64,000 nucleotides of DNA. It comes from Leucoraja ocellata. Taxonomy: Eukaryota. Where the stretch lies: the NCBI GenBank assembly GCA_036785375.1, contig JAWMAR010000471.1, positions 1,302,001-1,366,000 on the forward strand. The letters are read 5' to 3'. The translations under genes were made by a program, and so were the position numbers. Within the stretch, counting starts at the first letter, position 1; each line of letters begins with the position of its first letter. The notes under the pieces were generated by a model. That model was not told where the DNA came from, made no database searches, and worked only from the letters and a program-made list of their open reading frames with translations. Below are positions 13,078 to 25,934 of this stretch, piece after piece.

Positions 13078-15059
13078 TAAAGAAACAAAACACAACCGCA
13101 AACCGCAACCCTCCAGTTCCAACAAACTGTTCCCCCGCGTTAGGAATCAACCTCAGCTGTGCAAGATCTTTGGTTTCAAGAAACATAGAAACAAAGAAAC
13201 ATAGGAAATAGGTGCAGGAGTAGAGGCCATTCAGCCCTTCGAGCGTGCGCCGCCATTCAATATGATCATGGCTGATCATCCAACTCAGTATCCTGTACCT
13301 GCTTTCTCTCCATGCCCCCTGATCCCTTCAGCCACAAGGGCCACATCTAACTCCCTCTTAAATATAGCAAATGAACTGTGGCCTCAACTACCTTCTGTGG
13401 CAGAGAATTACAGCGATTCACCACTCTGTGTAAAATATGTTTTTCTCATCTCAGTCCGAAAATATTTCCCCTGTATCCTTAAACTGTGACCCCTTGTTCT
13501 GGAAACGAGTCTAGACGAAACACAAATCACCCCCACTCTCACCTCAAACTCCAGCACAGCAAATGTCACACGCAGCCGAGGGTTCCCGCTTGATGGACTC
13601 TAATCAAAACGAGGAATATCGAGTTGCCCCTGATATCCCAGAGCACTTTACCGACAATGACAACCAAAGTTCCCTACCCGAACCGGACTCAACGTTGCAC
13701 CAATATCCCGAAGGCAGATTGAAAAGTTACTGTTTGCGCCACTTGCTAGCATGACCGGAATGAGAGTGGTACCAGGAACTATAATGACGTTTATTAGATG
13801 TTTAGTTAGAATCATGGCTATGGTGGGAATGGATCGATATGGATAGTGTGCAGTCGGATCGGATTATTTTCCAGGTTACAGTACAGTTTATTGCCACGTG
13901 TACCGAGATACAGTGAGAAGCTTTTGGCGCGTGCAACGCAGTCAGCGGAAAGATAATACACGATTAAAATCGAGACATTAAAGGGCCTGGCCCACGAGCA
14001 TGCGACTCCATGCGGCAAGCGCGACCTAACCTGGTCGCTTGAGCCGTACGGCTCGCGGGGCCGGTCCCACTTCAATCGCCGGAGCCGTATGGAGTTGTAC
14101 ACGGTGTCCTGGAATGGTGAATAGGCAACACATGAAGTGATCANNNNNNNNNNNNNNNNNNNNNNNNNNNNNNNNNNNNNNNNNNNNNNNNNNNNNNNNN
14201 NNNNNNNNNNNNNNNNNNNNNNNNNNNNNNNNNNNNNNNNNNNNNNNNNNNNNNNNNNNNNNNNNNNNNNNNNNNNNNNNNNNNNNNNNNNNNNNNNNNN
14301 NNNNNNNNNNNNNNNNNNNNNNNNNNNNNNNNNNNNNNNNNNNNNNNNNNNNNNNNNNNNNNNNNNNNNNNNNNNNNNNNNNNNNNNNNNNNNNNNNNNN
14401 NNNNNNNNNNNNNNNNNNNNNNNNNNNNNNNNNNNNNNNNNNNNNNNNNNNNNNNNNNNNNNNNNNNNNNNNNNNNNNNNNNNNNNNNNNNNNNNNNNGT
14501 CTGTGGCTTTAAGCAATCCTGCGGATTGAAACGTTAATGGCGACTTTAAATGGAACGTTCTAAACGGCAAGCGAAACTCACAAGGTTTAGGGAGCTTGTG
14601 TTTCCAGTCCGGACCCTTCCCTGACCCTGACTCTGGAAATGGTCCAGAGGGGGTGTACAAGAATTGTTCTGGAAACGTGTGGGTGAGCTTGCGATATGCG
14701 TTTGAAAGCACTGGGCCGCTACTCGCTGGACTTTAAAAGGTTGAGGAGGGATCTCATTGAAACTTACAGAACAATGAAAGACATAGATTGATTGAGTGGA
14801 TGTGGAAACGATTGTTCCACTGGTGGGAGGGTGTTGGACAAGAGATCTTAGCCGCAGAGTTAAAGGGCGCTCGTTTAGAAAGGAGGTGAGGAGAAACATC
14901 TGTTGCCAGAGAGTAGTTAATCTATGGAACTAATTGTCATTTAGGGTTGTGGAGGACATTCAGTGAATATTTTTAATTCAGAGATAGACAGATTCTTGAT
15001 TAGAAAATGTATCAAGGGTTATCTGGAAACAAAAAAACATAGAAACAGGAAAATAAATG

Positions 15060-15740
15060 ACAGCATCTAGAGGCTAACCTAGCACATACTTTTTTAAACT
15101 GTATAAACATCAAACATTTCTGGATTGATATTTTTAGAATAATTTCTGTTATTAATACTAACTTAGATCCCAATTCAAAACTAATAATACCTGGCATAAC
15201 AGAACAAAGTCTAACACTCACAACAAACCAAAGAGACTTGATTACAGTATAATAACTGGGGAAAAATTAATACTAACATTTTGGAAAGGGCCTACAGCCC
15301 CCACAATTAAACTGTGGATTATGGAAACGTTGGAGGCCCTACACCTGGAAAGAATCAGATTTGTCTTAATGGACAAACAAGAACTTGTTATTAGAATATG
15401 GTCTCCATTCATTGACTATTTGAAGGGATAGATTGGTTCAGCACGGGAACCTAACTGAAGCTTGAACTCAGGATTAGATGAAAAGTTATACTTTATAATC
15501 CACGAACCTATCTCCAAAGATGTATTATTAGTAAATCATTCCATTCTTTAGTAAATGTATTATCAGTAAATCATTCCATGTTTTATCTTGACATTTGTGT
15601 TTTTTTTCCTCTTTCTCTCTTACTTCCTATATTTAAAAAAAAACTAGAAGCAGAACCAATCTACAATTGATAATATTAACAATGTACGACTGATATACAT
15701 GAAATGTTTATAAATATGTGTTTGCTTCTAATAAAAATAT
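15060..15740 (+). mobile_element. L1-like LINE 3' fragment
   Basis: Degenerate NLAHTFLNC..FW...IWSPFIDYL C-terminus, AT-rich 3' UTR and AATAAA. Confidence 0.6.
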
Positions 15741-16628
15741 TTTCTTTCAAATGTGCAGGATTAGGCCATTCCGCCCTTCGAGCCAGTACCGCCAGTCGAT
15801 TTCATCATGGCTGATCATGCAAAATCAGTACCCAGTTCCTGCTTTTTCCCCGTATCCCTTGATTCCATTAGCCTGAAGAGCGATATATTTACCTCTCTCT
15901 TGAAAACTTCCAGTGAATGGCCTCCACTTCCTTCTGTGTCTGAGAGTTCCGCAGAATCGCAACTATCTCGGTGAAAACGTTTACCTCAATAGGTAGATTG
16001 ACCTTCCCCAGATTAGGAGACAAAACTAGAAACAATAATCCAGGAGTGGGCTCACCAGGGCCGTTTGCAACAGCAGTTGAACCTGTTTGCTCCTATACTC
16101 AAAACTTCTCGCTCTGAAGGCAGGAACATGGGATGAGGAGGCAGAGATCAGCCGTGATTTAATAGCGGAAAAGACTCGATGGTCCGAATGGCGTAATTCT
16201 ACTCCTGTAACTTTAGAACGTGAACTTTTACAAAGTGAAATTTCCTCCTCACTAGAAAGCAATGAAGCGTTAGATCCTTCGGTCAATATTGTGTTCGTAC
16301 ACTCGTTTTCTATTTAATCTCACATATTTTGCATTTTATTTCGCTCTATCTAACTTCGCTCCTTGAAAATATCAGCAGCTGCCTACTGTCAGTTAATTGT
16401 TGTTTTTCATCCAAATACGGGCAATGTTCCATCATTAACCTGTATGTCTTCACCTCTAATTAGGTAACAAACGTGTGCAGGTGGCTGCCATAATGTGTTT
16501 GTTCACGTAGCTGTAACTAACGATTATGACGATGTTATTGCTCTCGAGATTGCTATCTGGACTGAATATAAGGACAGCGATGACTCTATTGGAGATTACA
16601 ACTCGCCATTTGATTGTTCACCAGGAAA

Positions 16629-19600
16629 ATGCATGCGCCGGGAAATGGACCTGTCTTCGCCGTTTATTATTCAACTCTTGCTACATTCGGGGTTCCAGGT
16701 AAAACGTGACAACTCGGGGCAACAAGATATTAATGGTTTCATATATGGATGTCTTTATCGTGTTTAGTTATGTGGGGAACGTGTCTTTACCAATTATACA
16801 AAAACTCATTTCTCGGTTGTTTATTATCTGTTGTGTGTGTGGATAATATCAATTTAATCAAGTCTCGAAACGCCGGGGATATACTTATCTTTTTTTTTTG
16901 TAGCACAGTTTGGTCTACCAGATGTGTTGTGAGTTCGCATTGCTTTATATCTTTCCACGACTAATCATTGCAGCGCAATCAGATCATAAGACAGCCTGAA
17001 ATGCATGGATTACTTGCCTACTTTGGCGTTCGCCCAATTTATTACGACACATCCCATCGACACATCCCATAGAGGGCGCCGTTGCACAATAAGCAGCTTT
17101 GTATTATAGAAAGCCCCAGTTCCGCCATTCTCACGAGCGACATGCTTGAAGACACATCATAGCATTTGTTTCGGATCTGTTTTACCCTCTCGATAAATGC
17201 GTATTCCGCGGTACTCCCGGCAGTGATAATACTGATTTATTCCTCTTCGTGTTTACCGGTATCTATCAACCCTTTGTTATTATTATTTTGTCCTTCAGGA
17301 TGCTCTCTCCCATGTACGTCTTACTCTCAACACTTTCATGTTTATCTAGGGAAGTCGGCACCACCAACAAAAAAAATCTCTAACGCGTCATTCTCCCTAT
17401 AACAAATATGGGCTCAAATTCGTCAAAATATCGCGGTGGCCATGAGCTCGTGTTCTGTCAGCGACCGTCACGGTTTGTGTCGCTCCCTTCTTCGGATAAA
17501 TTACTGACAATATTGCTGTTGGAGTATCAACTTTCAAATAGCCCGTGTGCCCGTGAAATGTGTTGAATGGGCGCATAGAATAATCATTGGGATCACTCCA
17601 GCAGTCGTATCCAATATTCCTACCCCGCAAGACACACGCAGGGTAAACGGTGAACATAGGAATATAGAAACATAGACAATAGATGCAGGAGTAGGCCATT
17701 CGGCCCTTCGAGCCTGCACCGCCATTCAATATGATCATGGCTGATCATCCAACTCAGTATCCTGTACCTGCCTTCTCTCCATACCCCCTGATCCCTTTAG
17801 CCACAAGGGCCACATCTAACTCCCTCTTAAATATAGCCAATGAACTGGCCTCAACTACCTTCTGTGGCAGAGAATTCCAGAGATTCACCACTCTCAGTGT
17901 GAAAAACAAATTCTCATCTCTGTCCTAAAAGACTTCCCCATTATCCTTAAACTGTGACGCCTTGGTCTGGGCTTCCCCAACATCGGGAACAATCTTCCTG
18001 CATCTAGCCTCTCCAACCCATTAAGATCTTTCACTGAGATCCCCCCTCAATCTTCTAAATTCGAGCGAGTACAAGCCGAGTCTATCCAGTCTGTCTTCAT
18101 ATGAAAGTCCTGCCATCCCAGGAATCAGCCTGGTGTACTATGGCACGTCTAGGAGACCAAAACTGTACGCAATACTCCACATGTGGTCTCACCAAGGCCC
18201 TGTACAACTGCAGTAGAACCTCCCTGCTCCTATACTCAAATCGTGTTGCTAACATACCATTTGCATTCTTCACTGCCTGCTGCAACAGCATGCCTACTTT
18301 CAATGACTGGTCTACCATGACACCCAGGTCTCGTTGCATCTCCCCTTTTCCTAATCGGCCACAATTCAGATTACAGTCTACTTTCCTGTGTTTGCCACCA
18401 GAGTGGATGACCTCACATTTATCCACATTTTACTGCATCTGCCATGCATTTGCCCACTCACCCAGCCTATCCTAGTCACCTTGCAGCCTCCTAGCATCCC
18501 CCTCACAGCCAACACTGCCCCCAGCTTCGTGTCATCCTTTCTTTATGTGTTATTCGAATCGCATGCTTTGATGTCCAATGCATCCAATGCTTATAATTTG
18601 TTCGTTTGATGTGTTAAGTGATACGTGGGATCTCATATAAACCATAACCATTGATATGAACAATGAATATATTATGTATTTGTAATCCCAGCCGCTCGCG
18701 TGTGCATGAGGCGGTCACTTTAAAGGATAAATCGAGCGGTGTTAATCAGATAAACCTTTCTCTGGATAATGTAACGAGGTGCCTAATCACTGCTGTTATC
18801 TCTAACAATTTTTCATCCGCACCCCACACCCACTCTCCCTCTCTCCCTCTCCCTCTCTCTCTCTCTCTCCCACAGCTAACCTGGTGACGATTGTAATTCT
18901 CTCGCAAGGAAGATGCAGCCTCTCCAAATGCATCACTCGCTACCTGGTGTTTATGGCGGTGGCGGATTTCCTGGTCATTGTCACTGCCGTTATCTTAAGC
19001 CGACTTCGGGTCATTTACTTCAACTCCAGTTTGCTGTCCACCACCCCGGCGTGCAGTCTGATTATTCTGCTCAGCTGGGCTTCCAAAGACACTTCCGTCT
19101 GGCTCACGGTCGCGTTCACCTTCGATCGGTTCATCGCCATTTGTTGCCAGAAACTGAAGCTAAGATATTGTACAGAGAAAACCGCGGCGGTCGTCATTGG
19201 AACCGTCTGCCTGCTCGGCATTGTGAAAAACGTCCCACTGTATTTTGTATATGAGCCTCTCTATATCACAGATAACGTTCCTTGGTACTGCATCATAAGG
19301 GAGATCTATTATACTTCCGTTGCGTGGACATGCTATGACTGGCTGCACCGGATTTTAAACCCATGTCTCCCGTTCGTTCTGATCTTCCTGCTGAACGCAT
19401 TCACTATCAAACATATCCTTGCCTCCAGCGCGGCCCGCAAGAGGCTCCGCGCCCAAAATCAGGGCGCCACCCAAAGCGACCCGGAGATGGAGAGCAGGAG
19501 ACGGTCAATTATTTTACTCATGGCCATCTCGGGTACCTTTCTCCTGTTGAGGCTGACCTATATTGTAAATTTCCTATTCGTCCAAATTACAAGAAAGAAC

Positions 19601-19792
19601 TACGCCACCGGAACCAATTCCTATGATCCAAAGTTTATTCTGCAGGAAAGCGGACACATGTTGGATCTTCTCAGTTCCTGCACCAACTCGTGTATCTATG
19701 CGGGGACACAGACCAAATTTAGACAGCAGTTGAAGATAGCGGTCAACTACCCTGTCAAAGTAATGAGCAAATGTATCAGAGAGCGATCATAG
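16629..19792 (+). CDS. GPR139-like GPCR, copy 2, intact (exon 1 16629-16698; exon 2 18876-19792; 328 aa)
   Basis: Exon 1 MHAPGNGPVFAVYYSTLATFGVP + G|GTAAAA. Acceptor (CT)n CCCACAG|CT AAC CTG GTG. Open 7TM frame to TAG. Confidence 0.9.
17656..18536 (-). mobile_element. CR1 fragment in intron of GPCR copy 2
   Basis: DKCEVIH...LYRALVRPHVEYCVQFWSP and 3' tail. Confidence 0.88.
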
Positions 19793-21310
19793 GAACATTC
19801 TGCCTCATCTTTCCAATAGTAACGCGGAATTGTTAGTCGCATTGGAACCGTGTATATGCTGATAGTTTATATTCTCGCCCATAACGTTAATGTTTGCTCT
19901 CCGTGAACTATGAAAATGCTTGCTGACTATTAGAAACATAGAAACATAGAAATTAGGTGCAGGAGTAGGCCATTCGGCCCTTCGAGCCTGCACCGCCATT
20001 CAATATGATCATGGCTGATCATCCAACTCAGTATCCCGTATCTGCCTTCTCTCCATACCCTCTAATCCCCTTAGCCACAACTAACTCCCTCTTAAATATA
20101 GCCAATGAACTAGCCTCGACTACCCTCTGCGGCAGAGAGTTCCAGAGACTCACCACTCTCTGTGTGAAAAAAGTTCTTCTCATCTCGGTTTTAAAGGATT
20201 TCCCCCTTATCCTTAAGCTGTGACCCCTTGTCCTGGACTTCCCCAACATCGGGGGCAATCTTCCTGCATCTAGCCTGTCCAACCCCTTAAGAATTTTGTA
20301 AGTTTCCATAAGATCCTTAAAAAAATGCTATATATTATAAGAATCAGGTAGTTGTAAGACTTCCAGTGTAAAATAAGCAACACTGAGTTTTAGCTATGGA
20401 TACTATGAGTTTCAAAGTAAAAGAAGTACTGACACTTTTGAAAAATATAAACGTGGATAAGTCTCCAGGTCCTGAAGGATGAGTTGTGCGGAGCAAATTC
20501 CCAATGTCAGAAAATACATCGCAATGACACGATCATTAGGACGTAATAACATTGGTTAGATATTGACCTCGGGTCGACATGAGAATTCCAAACACCCTCA
20601 TTGAAACAGAGGTGATGTGTTTTCCACACTAGTCTAATCGTAAGTTGCTATCCAAGTCACCTTGCAACCCCTTTTATAGTGCACCGGTCCTGGGTATTTT
20701 ACGAAATTTCTCGTCGCGCACAAATTACAATTGAAGGGAGATGTTTGCAAAGGGAGCGGAACTAACGGAATAACACAACGGAAACACAGACATATGCACT
20801 GTGATTTTCAAGCAGGAACTGCAGATGCTGGAAAATCGAAGGGAGGCAAAGGTGCTGGAGCCTGAAGAAGGGTTTCGGTCCGAAACGTTGCCTATTTCCT
20901 TCGCTCCATAGATGCTGCCGCACCCGCTGAGTTTCTCCAGCACTTTTGTCTACCATATGCACTGTAATGTTTTCTTTCTCCCTCGTCCTGTCGGGAAGCA
21001 ACACATTTGGTCACGGAATTGCGATATAAATAAAGGGCTCTAAGTATTGCTTTTATTGTTGTGTAATCAGTCGGGGGAACAAAATCTTTGAAACTAAAGA
21101 TATTGTCATTTCATCTTATTATATGACATATTATCGGTGTAAGCTAAATTCACCTGCTTGTACATGAACCCTCGCCCTCCATTACCTGTATATCCATTTG
21201 TCTCAAATAAAAGCCTCTTAAATGACAGCCAACGATATCTGCGTTAAAATGTGTCCCTCTCATCTTCAAGATGTGGTCTCTATTCTTTGAGAACTGGCAA
21301 AGTCTTCCAA

Positions 21311-21655
21311 TGATTTACATCGGGGAGACTAAGCGGAGGTTGGGTGATCGTTTCGCCGAACACCTCCGCTCAGTCCGCAATAACCTACCTGAACTCCCGG
21401 TGGCTCAGCACTTCAACTCCCCCTCCCATTCCCAATCCGACCTCTCTGTCCTGGGTCTCCTCCATTGCCAGAGTGAGCAACACCGGAAATTGGAGGAACA
21501 GCACCTCATATTCCGCCTGGGTTGCATGCGTCCGGATGGCATGAACGTTGAATTATCCCAATTTTGCTAGCCCTTGCTGCCTCCTCCCCTTCCTTCACCC
21601 TCGAGCTGTCTCCTCCCATCCCCCGCCCTCGGGCTCCTCCTCCTCCCTTTTTCCT
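21311..21655 (+). mobile_element. Penelope-like element, GIY-YIG endonuclease fragment
   Basis: IYIGETKRRLGDRFAEHLRSV...VAQHFNS...RKLEEQHLIFRLG...PDGMN. Paralogous copy at 34350-34860. Confidence 0.85.
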
Positions 21656-22830
21656 TCCTTCTAGCTTGCCCAAACCCTTAATAAACCTATATATTTCAAT
21701 AGGATACCCTCTCATCCTTCTAAACTCCAGAGTATACAAGCTCAGCCGCTCCATTCGCTCAGCATATGACAGTCCCGCCATACCGGGAATTAATCGCGTA
21801 AACCTACGCTGCACTCCCTCAATAGCAAGAATGTCCTTCCTCAAATTAGGGGACCAAAACTGCATACAATACTCCAGCTGTGATCTCACCAGGGCCCTAG
21901 ACAACTGCAGAAGAATCTCTTTGTTCCTATACTCAACTCCCCAACATGCCATTCGTCTCTTCACTGCCTGCTGTACCCGCATGCTTACTTTCAATGACCG
22001 ATGAACAACGACCCCTAGATCCCGTTGTACTTCCCGTTCTTCCCAACTTGATACCATTTAGATAGTGATCTGCCTACCTGTTTTTGCTACCAAAGTGGAT
22101 AACCTCAAATGTATCCACGTTAAACTGCATCTGCCATGGCTAAAGTTGTCCCACTCTTTAAGAAGGGCGGCAGAGAGAAAATAGGGAATTATAGACCTGT
22201 TAGCCTGACATTGGTAGAGGAGAAGATGCTGGAGTCAATTATATTACATGAAATAGCGGCACATTTGGATAGCAGTAACAGGATCGGTCCGAGTCAGCAT
22301 GTATTTACGAAGGGGAAATCATGTTTGACTAATCTTCTGGAATTTTTTGAGGATATAACCAGGAACAAGGGGGAGCAAGTGAATGTAGTGTACCTGCACC
22401 TTTTAAATCATTTCAGAAAGCATGTGATAATGTCCCACATAGGAGATTAGTGGGAAAACCTAGAGCACATGCTATCGGGTGTAGGGTGCTGACATGAATA
22501 GAAAATTGGTTGGCAGACAGGAAACAAAGGGTAGGAATTAACGCGTCCCTTTCAGAATGGCAGGCAGTGACTAGTGGGGTACCGCAAGGCTCGGTGCTGG
22601 GACCGCAGCTATTTACAATATATGTTAATGATCTGGATGAAGGGTTTAAAAGCAATATTACCAAATTTGCAGTTGACACAAAGCAGGGTGGCAATCTGAA
22701 CTGTGAGGAGGATGCTATGAGGATGCATGGTGATTGGACAGGTTGGATGGATGTTGGGAAAAGCGGAAGTACAACTGGATCTGGGGGGTCCTTGGTCATC
22801 CGTCACTGAAAGTAAGCATGCAGGTACATG
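21656..22830. mobile_element. CR1 RT fragments, - strand (21656-22135) then + strand (22136-22830)
   Basis: [18 protein letters not shown] and FAVDT motifs on the + strand; RT C-terminus on the - strand. Confidence 0.8.
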
Positions 22831-24709
22831 CCAATTCTAACTCTTGATTCAACTTGCACGGTATATCACAGGCCGACTCGAATTCTCTCCTCCAGCATAG
22901 CTCACCCAGACCCTGCCAAACTGGGGGGGGCCGGATACGATAGTTTAGCTTTTGGCAAATATAAAACCGCAGGAGGTTAGTTAGATTTAGTAATAAAATA
23001 ACTTAACCGATTTTTTACATGTTGGTTGAGTCGGACATTATCCAGTCCGGTCCCTTTTCTGACCCTGGCATTGGAGAAGGTCCAGAGGAGGTTTACAAGA
23101 ATCTTTCGAGGAATGAGTGGGTGAGCTTATGGTGAGCGTTTGAAAGCACTGGGCCGCTACTCAGCCACTTTAAAGTTTTACACAACTTTAAAAGGTTGAG
23201 GGGAGACCCGGCAACGTCATGTCCGTTATTGGACTTTTCTGTTGAGCGGCAGTCGGTCCTTTGGCTTGTCGGCGACGCCGCCTTTCGGGTAGGGGGTGTT
23301 TCGACTGCGGCCATTCGGCAAGTTTGCTTTGAGTCGACGTAGGCTCGTTGGCTTTTAGGCGTTCCGCCCTTTCGGTTAGTTTGCATTTAGACGTCCTATC
23401 CTTTCGGTTTGTAGGCGTTTCGTCTTCGTAAACTATCGGTTTATTGGCGTTTCGGCCTCGTTTCCATTCGGTTCTTTGGCTTCGACTTCTTGCTTCGGCT
23501 TCTCGTCCGTCGGCGCCTCGTCCGCACACGCTGTAGTATGAGGGTAGTTAATCTGTGGATTTCATTGCCATAGAAGGCTGTGTAGGCCAAGTCACTGAAT
23601 ATTCTTAAGGCATTGATAGACAAATTCTTCATTGACTCCATTGAACGGGTGTCAAGGGTAATGTCGAAACATAGAAACAGAGGAACAAAGAAAATACGGC
23701 AGGAGTAGGCCATTCGACCTTTCGAGCCATTACCACCATTCAACATGATCATGGCTGATCATCCAAAATCAGTATCCCGTTCCAGTTTTTTCCCCATAAC
23801 GCTTGATTCCGTTAGCCCTAAGAGCGGTATATAACTATCTCTTGAAAACATCAAGTGAATTAGCCTCCACCGACTTCTGTGGCAGAGACTTCCACTGAAT
23901 CACAGCTACGGGGTGAAAATAAGCTTTCTTCATCTCAATCCTAAATGGCCTCACCCTTATTCTTAATCAGTGACCCCCTGTTTTTGGACTCCTGCCACTA
24001 GCCCGTGCAATTTCCAGCCGCTAGCCTGTCCAATCCCTTAACACTTATTTATTTTCTATGATCCCATCTCATCCTTCTCAAATCCCTATGACCAATTCTT
24101 TCATCGGATGTCAGACCTGCCATCCCGGGGTTTAACCTTTTGAACGTACCCTGCATGCTCACAATGACAAGAATGTACTTCCTCAGATTAGGAGACAACA
24201 CTGTACACAATAATCCAGGTGTGGTCTCACCAGGGCCGTGTACAACTGCAGTGGAACCTCCTTGCTCCTATACTCAAATCATCGCGCACTGAAGGCAGGA
24301 AAATGGGATGAGGAGGCGGAGATCAGCCATGGTTGAATGGCGGAATAGATTCGATGGTCCGAATGGCGTAATTCTACTCCTGTAACTTTAGAACGTGAAT
24401 TTTTACAAAGTGAAATGTCCTCCTCCCTGAAAAACAATGAAGCGTTGGGTCTTTCGGTCAATATTGTGTCCGTACTCATTCTTTCAATTTAATCTCACAA
24501 GCTTTGCACTTTATTTCGCTCTATCTAACTTCGCTCCTTGAACATATCATCAGCCATTGATATCTACTGTCAGTTAATTGTTGTTTTTCATCCAAATACG
24601 GGCAATATTCCATCATAAACCTGAATGTCTTCATCTCCAATTAAGTAACAAACGTGTGCAGGTGACTGCCATAATTTGTTAGTTCACGTAGCTGTAACTA
24701 ACGATTATG

Positions 24710-25465
24710 ATGGCCGATTAGGAAAGGGGGAGATGCACAGAGACCTGGGTGTCATGGTACACCAGTCATTTAAAGTAGGCATGCAGGTGCAGCAGGCAGT
24801 GAAGAAGGCGAATGGTATGTTAGCATTCATAGCAAAATGATTTGAGTACAGGAGCAGGGAGGTTCTAGTGCAGTTGTACAGGGTCTTGGTGAGACCACAC
24901 CTGGAGTATTGCATACAGTTTTGGTCTCCTTATCTGAGTAAAGTCATTCTTGCCATAGAGGGAGTACAGAGAAGGTTCACCAGACTGATTCCTGGGATGT
25001 CAGGACTTTCATATGAAGAAAGACTGGATAGACTCGGTTTGTACACGCTAGAATTTAGAAGATTGAGGGGGGATCTTATAGAGACTTACAAAATTCTTAA
25101 GGGGTTGGACAGGCTAGATGCAGGAAGATTGTTCCCGATGTTGGGGAAGTCCAGAACAAGGGGTCACAGTTTAAGGATAAGGGGGAAATCTTTTAGGACC
25201 GAGATGAGGATTTTTTTTCACACAGAGAGTGGTGAATCTCTGGATTCTCTGCCGCAGAAGGTAGTTGAGGCCACAGTTCATGGACTATATTTAAGAGGGA
25301 GTTAGATGTGGCCCTTGTGGCTAAAGGGATCAGGGGGTATGGAGAGAAGGCAGGAACAGGATACTGATTTGGATTCTCAGCCATGATCATATTGAATGGT
25401 GGTGCAGGCTCGAAGGGCCGAATGGCCTACTACTGCACCTATTTTCTATGTTTCTATGTTTCTAT
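24710..25465 (+). mobile_element. CR1 inserted ~100 bp upstream of GPCR subfamily B start codon
   Basis: Flanked by TATGATG. The empty site is visible at about 16523 and 29180 in subfamily A copies. Confidence 0.85.
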
Positions 25466-25566
25466 GATGATGTAATTGCTCTCGAGATTGTTATCTGGAC
25501 TGAATATAAGGAGAGCGATGTCTCTACTACAGATTACAACTCGCCATTTGATTGTTCTCCGGGAAA

Positions 25567-25636
25567 ATGCATGCGCCGGGAAATGGTCCGGTATTCGCCG
25601 TTAATTATTCAACTCTTGCTACATTCTGTGTTCCGG
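25567..25636 (+). other. Extra first exon of GPR139-like gene (subfamily B)
   Basis: 70-nt exon MHAPGNGPVFAVNYSTLATFCVP + G|GTAAAG. Intron homology stops at about 25934 where a CR1 begins. Confidence 0.75.
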
Positions 25637-25934
25637 GTAAAGCGTGACTGAACTCGGGTCAAGGGGAAATTACATATCTGGTGTCTTTTTCGTTTTTTGT
25701 TATTTATGTGGCGTTTCTTTACAGATTATGCAAAAATCACATTCCTCGAGTGTTTGTTCTGTGTTGTGTTTGTGGAAAACATCAGATCAATCAAGTCTCG
25801 GAACGCAGGGGATATGCTCATGTTTTAACGACCGCAGTTTGGTCTGCCAGATGTGTTGTGAGTTCGTATTGCTTTATATTTTGTCCACGGCTAATCATTG
25901 CAGCGCAATCAGATCATAAGACAGCCTGAAATGC

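Noticed and set aside
13978-14100. Possible MITE end TTAAAGGGCCTGGCCCAC
   Set aside because: No complete matching terminus is visible before the gap; cannot be supported.
13818-14711. Long ORFs spanning N runs
   Set aside because: Artefacts of translating assembly gaps.
17397-17738. Recurrent - strand ORF (YLKVDTPTA...KKGATQTVTVADRTRAHG) in GPCR introns
   Set aside because: Recurs only because the intron is duplicated; frames and ends differ between copies and no domain was recognised.
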